NCBI GenBank assembly: GCA_030834985.1
Contig: JAUQWV010000006.1
Span: 76,168 to 140,167, forward strand
Length of the DNA: 64,000 nt
Reading direction: 5' to 3'
DNA from: Candidatus Dojkabacteria bacterium
GTDB lineage: Bacteria > Patescibacteriota > Dojkabacteria > J137
Part shown: in pieces, positions 59,324 through 64,000 of the stretch
Numbering within the stretch: position 1 is the first letter of the stretch
How the letters are laid out: each line of letters begins with the position of its first letter
Made by a program: the position numbers and the translations under genes
The notes under the pieces: model-generated
Database searches by the model: none
What the model was told of the DNA's origin: nothing
The model's input: only the letters and a program-made list of their open reading frames with translations

Positions 59324-61432
59324 ATGAATTATATTACAAAAGGTATGAGCTTAGAAGCTATAAATCCTCAAGAAAGAAGCCCTGAATTAATTCCAATAGA
59401 AAGAGCTCAGCTAGAAATAATCCAACTTGGTGAAAATATAGCTAAAGAAATAAAGAATCTGAAAGAAGCTTCTAAAGTAATGATCATAATCACTGCCATA
59501 TTTAATAATAACCTTGATTTCTCTAATCCTGAATTAGTAAGCTTAGAAATTGATAATGTAAGAAAATCTCTATTAGAAATATGCGACAATGCCGAAATTC
59601 CTGAGCCGGAAGCGATCTTGCAGCTAAAAGAAATCATACAAAGTTTTGATTTTGGATCTCCTTTAGATTTAAAAGAACTTATATCTAAGATTGACAAGCT
59701 GTTGTTAGAAGTCATTAAAAATGAATCTATTCCCTTAACAGCAAAGAGCAAATTCTTCCAGAAAATTAAAGGTATTTGTGAAGTAAATCATCAAAATAGT
59801 GTTGCCAATAAAATTCAAATGACTGAATCAACAATATCATTATCTCAAGATATGCCGCTTCCAGTTAATGTTAGCTATATTTTAAATCCCGAGATGATTT
59901 CAGAAAGAGATGCTGCGCTAAGACGATTAAAGAATAGTATACAGACTCAGGAATCACTACTATTTCAATACTCTGCAAGTGAATACATTGAAAAGATCCA
60001 TGGAACTGATCTAATTGATGCTGAAGAGGAGTATTACAGACAGTCAGAGTTTTATAACTCTAATAAACCAGAGCTAGTAGAAAATACAGTCCCTAAAAAC
60101 AAAAAGGAAGGCTACCCTCTTGAACTCATAGTGATTCTTAAAGGCGGGCCTAAAGAAGTTACTTTTCGCCAACTGAATATGGCTAAAATACAATTATTAA
60201 GAATCTATCGTGAATTTATTAATACCTTAATAACTACAGAAATCATTGATAATAGAATTATTGAAGAACAATTATCAGAACTTGAAAATTCTTTACGAAT
60301 AGGAATAGATGAAACCTCAGAAGCTGAAATTAAAAGACGAAAGCAAACCAGACGAATCTCATTATTTGACATGCTACATATGGGTACCGTTGCAGCAAAT
60401 AAAGTTAACCCAAATATGACTTCAGAAAATCAAGTTCCACTATCGCAAGAAGTTTTAGATTATACGGGAGGAACAAAGCCAGCAAATACTTCTAGAGAGC
60501 TTTTTATAAGTAAATTAACCAAAGAGCAAAGAAGAAGGTTTGAAGTGTTAGAGTCTTTAAAAGACTATCAGTTTGATGAGACTCAAGATGGAATTCCAAG
60601 TCGGATTTATAGAAGATTCATAGAAAAACTTGGAATAGCTACCCCACTTGAAGATGTAGATGAACAATTGGAATTATCTGAAAAGAAAATACCTAACAAT
60701 AAATTTAAAACATACACTATTAAAGTTAGACCTGGTGGCACAGTAGCGGTCGACCATGGGTTTAGAACAATTTTAATTCCCAGAACTTGGAAACCTAAAT
60801 TATCAAGTATTTTAATATCTATCCAACATGAGATTGGCCACGTTGCACAACAATTATCACGAGATCAGAGCTTTCTGCCTGGTGTTAATATTTTAAGCGG
60901 ACTTGGCAGATCAGGCACATTAGCCGAAGCTGGAGCAATAAAATCTGAAGCCTTAATGGCAGAACTTCTAATTAAAGAACGCGAAATTAATACTTATCAT
61001 GTAAGTATTGTAAAAGGAATTATTGAAGGAAAAAACTATTGGGAACTAGTTGAAATGGTATTAAAGACTCTTTTTGAAAGGAATATTAGAAATAATGAAA
61101 ATAAATCAAAAGAAGAGCTAGCCAGAACTGCTATTAAAACTGTCAATAGAGCCTACTCCTCTTTAGGCGCAATGGGAAACAAGACAGATCCACATGGACG
61201 ATATCCGACCTATGCTGGATTTCTATCATATACTTACCAAGGCTTGCCAGAGTTTAGCCAGCAGCCATTTTATATAAGTGGTATTCCTGCACACAGAATA
61301 GATCTCCAAGAGTTTATGCCACAACCTCAAATTGAAGGTGTCCCAATTACAGAAGAACTAATAGCAGAAATTATAATAGATGCAGCCTACGAAGTCTTAG
61401 CAGAAAATGGGATTATAAATACAGCTAATTAA
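59324..61432 (+). CDS. Large HExxH zinc metallopeptidase, probable distant DUF1704/MATCAP-like carboxypeptidase
   Basis: ILIP...QHEIGHVAQ followed by TLAEAGA..SE (third ligand, resembles the EGLA motif); helical N-terminal region. Confidence 0.55.
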   Translation: MNYITKGMSLEAINPQERSPELIPIERAQLEIIQLGENIAKEIKNLKEASKVMIIITAIFNNNLDFSNPELVSLEIDNVRKSLLEICDNAEIPEPEAILQLKEIIQSFDFGSPLDLKELISKIDKLLLEVIKNESIPLTAKSKFFQKIKGICEVNHQNSVANKIQMTESTISLSQDMPLPVNVSYILNPEMISERDAALRRLKNSIQTQESLLFQYSASEYIEKIHGTDLIDAEEEYYRQSEFYNSNKPELVENTVPKNKKEGYPLELIVILKGGPKEVTFRQLNMAKIQLLRIYREFINTLITTEIIDNRIIEEQLSELENSLRIGIDETSEAEIKRRKQTRRISLFDMLHMGTVAANKVNPNMTSENQVPLSQEVLDYTGGTKPANTSRELFISKLTKEQRRRFEVLESLKDYQFDETQDGIPSRIYRRFIEKLGIATPLEDVDEQLELSEKKIPNNKFKTYTIKVRPGGTVAVDHGFRTILIPRTWKPKLSSILISIQHEIGHVAQQLSRDQSFLPGVNILSGLGRSGTLAEAGAIKSEALMAELLIKEREINTYHVSIVKGIIEGKNYWELVEMVLKTLFERNIRNNENKSKEELARTAIKTVNRAYSSLGAMGNKTDPHGRYPTYAGFLSYTYQGLPEFSQQPFYISGIPAHRIDLQEFMPQPQIEGVPITEELIAEIIIDAAYEVLAENGIINTAN

Positions 61433-62444
61433 TTCTAATGCTTCTTTTGTAAGCGCCTAAGTTTTTTATAGCTATTTCTAATCCTCTAGCTACACAAGTT
61501 AAAGGATCCTCCGCTACATATGTAGGAATTCCTATAGCTTTTGTTAGGAACTCATCGATACCTTTTAACATTGCAGTCCCGCCACTTAGAACCATACCAT
61601 TATCTATAATGTCGCTCATTAACTCTGGAGGTGTTTTTGCTAAAACTTTTTTTACCGAGTTAGCTATATTATCTAAAACTTCTCTGGTTGGTTCTACAAA
61701 CTCACCTGAGCCTATCTTAATAATATCTGGCTGCCCTGTTTTTGAGTTCTTTCCTTTGATCTCAATTTCAATAGGATTTTTAACCGGCATAGCTGAAGCA
61801 TATTTTATTTTTAGCTCCTCAGCTGTGACTTCACCAACAATAAGATTATGTTTCCGTTTTAAATAGTTAATAATTGCCTCGTTAATTACATCTCCTGCAC
61901 CTCTGTAAGATTCATATGCTACTACCCCATTTAACGATAAAACAGCTACTTCGGCAGTGCCGCCGCCGAGATTAACGATTAAGTTTCCAGTTGATTGATT
62001 AATTGGAAGCCCGGCACCGATGGCGGCGGCTACAGGCTCCGGTAAAATATATATTTTTCCGGCACCTACTGATGAAAGCGCCTGCGTTAGAGCACGCTCT
62101 TCTACCGAAGTTAATCCTGCAGGCGCTGCTACCATAACCTCAGGCTTTGCTAAAACAACGCCACCCAATACTTTCTTAAAAAACCTCTTTAGCAAAGCCT
62201 CTGCCAGCCTATAATTTGAAATTCCTCCATTCTTAAGCGGTCTTTTAGACTCTACTCCTTCTGGAACTTTGCCAAGCATTAATTTAGCATCTTCTCCTAT
62301 AGCTAAAACTTTCTTTTCTTTGGGAGAAATAGCAACTACTGTAGGTTCTTGTAAAACCACTCCCTTACCTTCGACTATCATCACACAATTTGCTGTACCA
62401 AAGTCGATTGCAATCTTCTGCGGAGTAAATAATTTGTTAATCAT
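61425..62444 (-). CDS. mreB: Rod shape-determining protein MreB/Mbl (copy 2)
   Basis: IAIDFGTAN, EPVAAAIGAG, NLGGGTAE and LSGGTAML. Confidence 0.93.
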   Translation of the reverse strand: MINKLFTPQKIAIDFGTANCVMIVEGKGVVLQEPTVVAISPKEKKVLAIGEDAKLMLGKVPEGVESKRPLKNGGISNYRLAEALLKRFFKKVLGGVVLAKPEVMVAAPAGLTSVEERALTQALSSVGAGKIYILPEPVAAAIGAGLPINQSTGNLIVNLGGGTAEVAVLSLNGVVAYESYRGAGDVINEAIINYLKRKHNLIVGEVTAEELKIKYASAMPVKNPIEIEIKGKNSKTGQPDIIKIGSGEFVEPTREVLDNIANSVKKVLAKTPPELMSDIIDNGMVLSGGTAMLKGIDEFLTKAIGIPTYVAEDPLTCVARGLEIAIKNLGAYKRSIRIN

Positions 62445-62521
62445 TTTGAATGGCTTTAAAAAGAAACTTAGCTTATAATCACCTTAATTATAGCCTTAAT
62501 TTATACTTTTTAATTAAATTT

Positions 62522-63121
62522 ATGAAAACAGGATTACATCAAAGAACACTTGTGTTGATTAAGCCCGATGCTGTACAGCGAGGACTAATTGGCGAAATAT
62601 TATTAAGGTTTGAAAGAAAAGGTTTAAAGATAACAGCAATGAAAATGGCTTGGGCAGATAAAAAGATGGCTATGGATCACTATTTCTGGTCTAAAGAGGA
62701 AAAAGAAGCCAGCGGCAATAGAACAATTGCTGTTCGTGAAGAAAAAGGACTTTCAATTGAAAAAACTGCTATCGAATACGCCGAAATGACTCAAAAGAAA
62801 TTAATTGGTATGTTGATGGCTGGCCCTACAATTGCATTAGTAATCGAAGGAGCTCATGCAATTGAACATGTAAGAAAGGTTGTAGGCCACGGAAGCCCGT
62901 TAAATGCTGATGTCGGTACTATTAGAGCTGACTTCACAATTGATTCTTATATTGTTGCTGACGAAGCTGACCGTGCTGCAAGAAATCTTGTACACGCATC
63001 ATCCTCTATTGATGAAGCAGAAAGAGAAATTAAAGTATGGTTTAAAGAAGAAGAGATTTCTGATTATGAACTGGCCATTGAAAAAATATTGTACAGTAAG
63101 GATTGGGATGCAGCTGAATAA
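62522..63121 (+). CDS. ndk: Nucleoside diphosphate kinase (with an insertion)
   Basis: RTLVLIKPDAVQRGLIGEI, GTIRADF and NLVHAS; ATG at 62522. Confidence 0.95.
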   Translation: MKTGLHQRTLVLIKPDAVQRGLIGEILLRFERKGLKITAMKMAWADKKMAMDHYFWSKEEKEASGNRTIAVREEKGLSIEKTAIEYAEMTQKKLIGMLMAGPTIALVIEGAHAIEHVRKVVGHGSPLNADVGTIRADFTIDSYIVADEADRAARNLVHASSSIDEAEREIKVWFKEEEISDYELAIEKILYSKDWDAAE

Positions 63122-63125
63122 GAAT

Positions 63126-64000
63126 TTAAGACTCAACTAATTCAAGTAATTTTATATTCTTAACTATATTAAATAAACTTTCTAAAAGTTCAGATGGCTC
63201 GCCTACTTTAAAATGTTCACTATCTGTATGTCTGCCGCCCCTCTCTGGAAAGCTTACGATTACAGTATTTCTTTCCTTAGATGGTAAATGAAGTCCTAAA
63301 CTGCATTGAAATGAGTTAGCTAAAGCATAAAGATCCTTATCTTTGCCTTTTAGTGCTGTTGTCAAAGAATTATCATCTTCAATCAACTCTGCTTCACCAT
63401 AAGAGCTTTCAACTGCATCTAATATTGTAGATTTTATTTCTGGATCTACCTGTGAATAGTAATGATCTGCATTGTCAGGTTTAACTGAATACAAAAGACT
63501 GTCTTCTTCAATGATTCCTAATTCTCTACATAATGCTGCAAAAGTACCATATAAATCCCGAAGCTTATAATCTGATAAATTGCCCGGAGTAAAAGCCATA
63601 TAAATATTTCCATCATCAAAATATGCGTTTATAGTTAACCTAGCAAAATATGGTATTTCTTTAAAATAAGAGCTTAAAAACCTCTGAATTTCAGCGGAGG
63701 TATAGCCCTGTCTTTTTACATTTTTAAAAAGTATTGTTTTACTTTGCATAATTTCATTCACAACACCTCCGCGTAAAGTGCCTGTTGGTTCAAGACTTAT
63801 GGCCGCCGGTATGCTTATTCGTTTATAAAACTTCTTCTGACCGGGATTTGCAAGTTCTTCATCTGTTGAAATAGTCACTACCGGCGGCCCAACATTAGCC
63901 CTATAAAGTCTATAAAGCAATACAATAATTACTGCTACCTGAGTAAGCATGTCATTTGCTCCCCTGCCAAAAATATATTCGTTATTTTCACTATCTATTT
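63126..64000 (-). CDS. M20-family metallopeptidase/deacylase (ArgE/DapE-like), 5' end outside the window
   Basis: The frame stays open upstream of the ORF-track ATG to the window end and reads IDSENNEYIFGRGANDM (GRGxxDM motif). Also STDEE, SLEPT and C-terminal RHTDSE. Confidence 0.75.
   Translation of the reverse strand, partial: IDSENNEYIFGRGANDMLTQVAVIIVLLYRLYRANVGPPVVTISTDEELANPGQKKFYKRISIPAAISLEPTGTLRGGVVNEIMQSKTILFKNVKRQGYTSAEIQRFLSSYFKEIPYFARLTINAYFDDGNIYMAFTPGNLSDYKLRDLYGTFAALCRELGIIEEDSLLYSVKPDNADHYYSQVDPEIKSTILDAVESSYGEAELIEDDNSLTTALKGKDKDLYALANSFQCSLGLHLPSKERNTVIVSFPERGGRHTDSEHFKVGEPSELLESLFNIVKNIKLLELVES

Overview
An AT-rich, gene-dense 64-kb segment of a reduced bacterial chromosome using standard code 11 (TGA acts as stop; tRNA-Trp has a CCA anticodon). 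It looks like a Patescibacteria/CPR genome, probably of the Dojkabacteria/Microgenomates/WWE3 group. This taxonomy is inferred from the lack of rplI after rpsR, the lack of pyrH between tsf and frr, a split comEC, a C1:G72 tRNA-Tyr and the absence of biosynthetic genes. Most of the window is core machinery: recG, rnc, gyrBA, ruvCAB, dnaB, dnaX, recR, topA, ribosomal proteins, five tRNAs, two mreB paralogues and PBP2. It also has a complete type IV pilus operon (4.4-15.6 kb) and the competence genes dprA and comEC. I found no CRISPR array, prophage or IS element. The most interesting region is 54.8-64 kb. It holds three different ATP-grasp peptide ligases (one fused to an aspartyl protease, one to a GNAT acetyltransferase, one RimK-like), a 7TM membrane protein, a divergent HExxH metallopeptidase resembling DUF1704/MATCAP and a nearby M20 peptidase. 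Together these are a candidate peptide-tag writer/eraser or small-peptide synthesis system. Other notable signals are a perfect Shine-Dalgarno on rpsU in an otherwise SD-poor region (possible bS21 autoregulation), an archaeal-type C1:G72 tRNA-Tyr, a GyrB with PYFGK in place of PLRGK, and a bistable hairpin in the 727-bp gap after gyrA. All family calls come from motifs recognised by eye; no searches were run.
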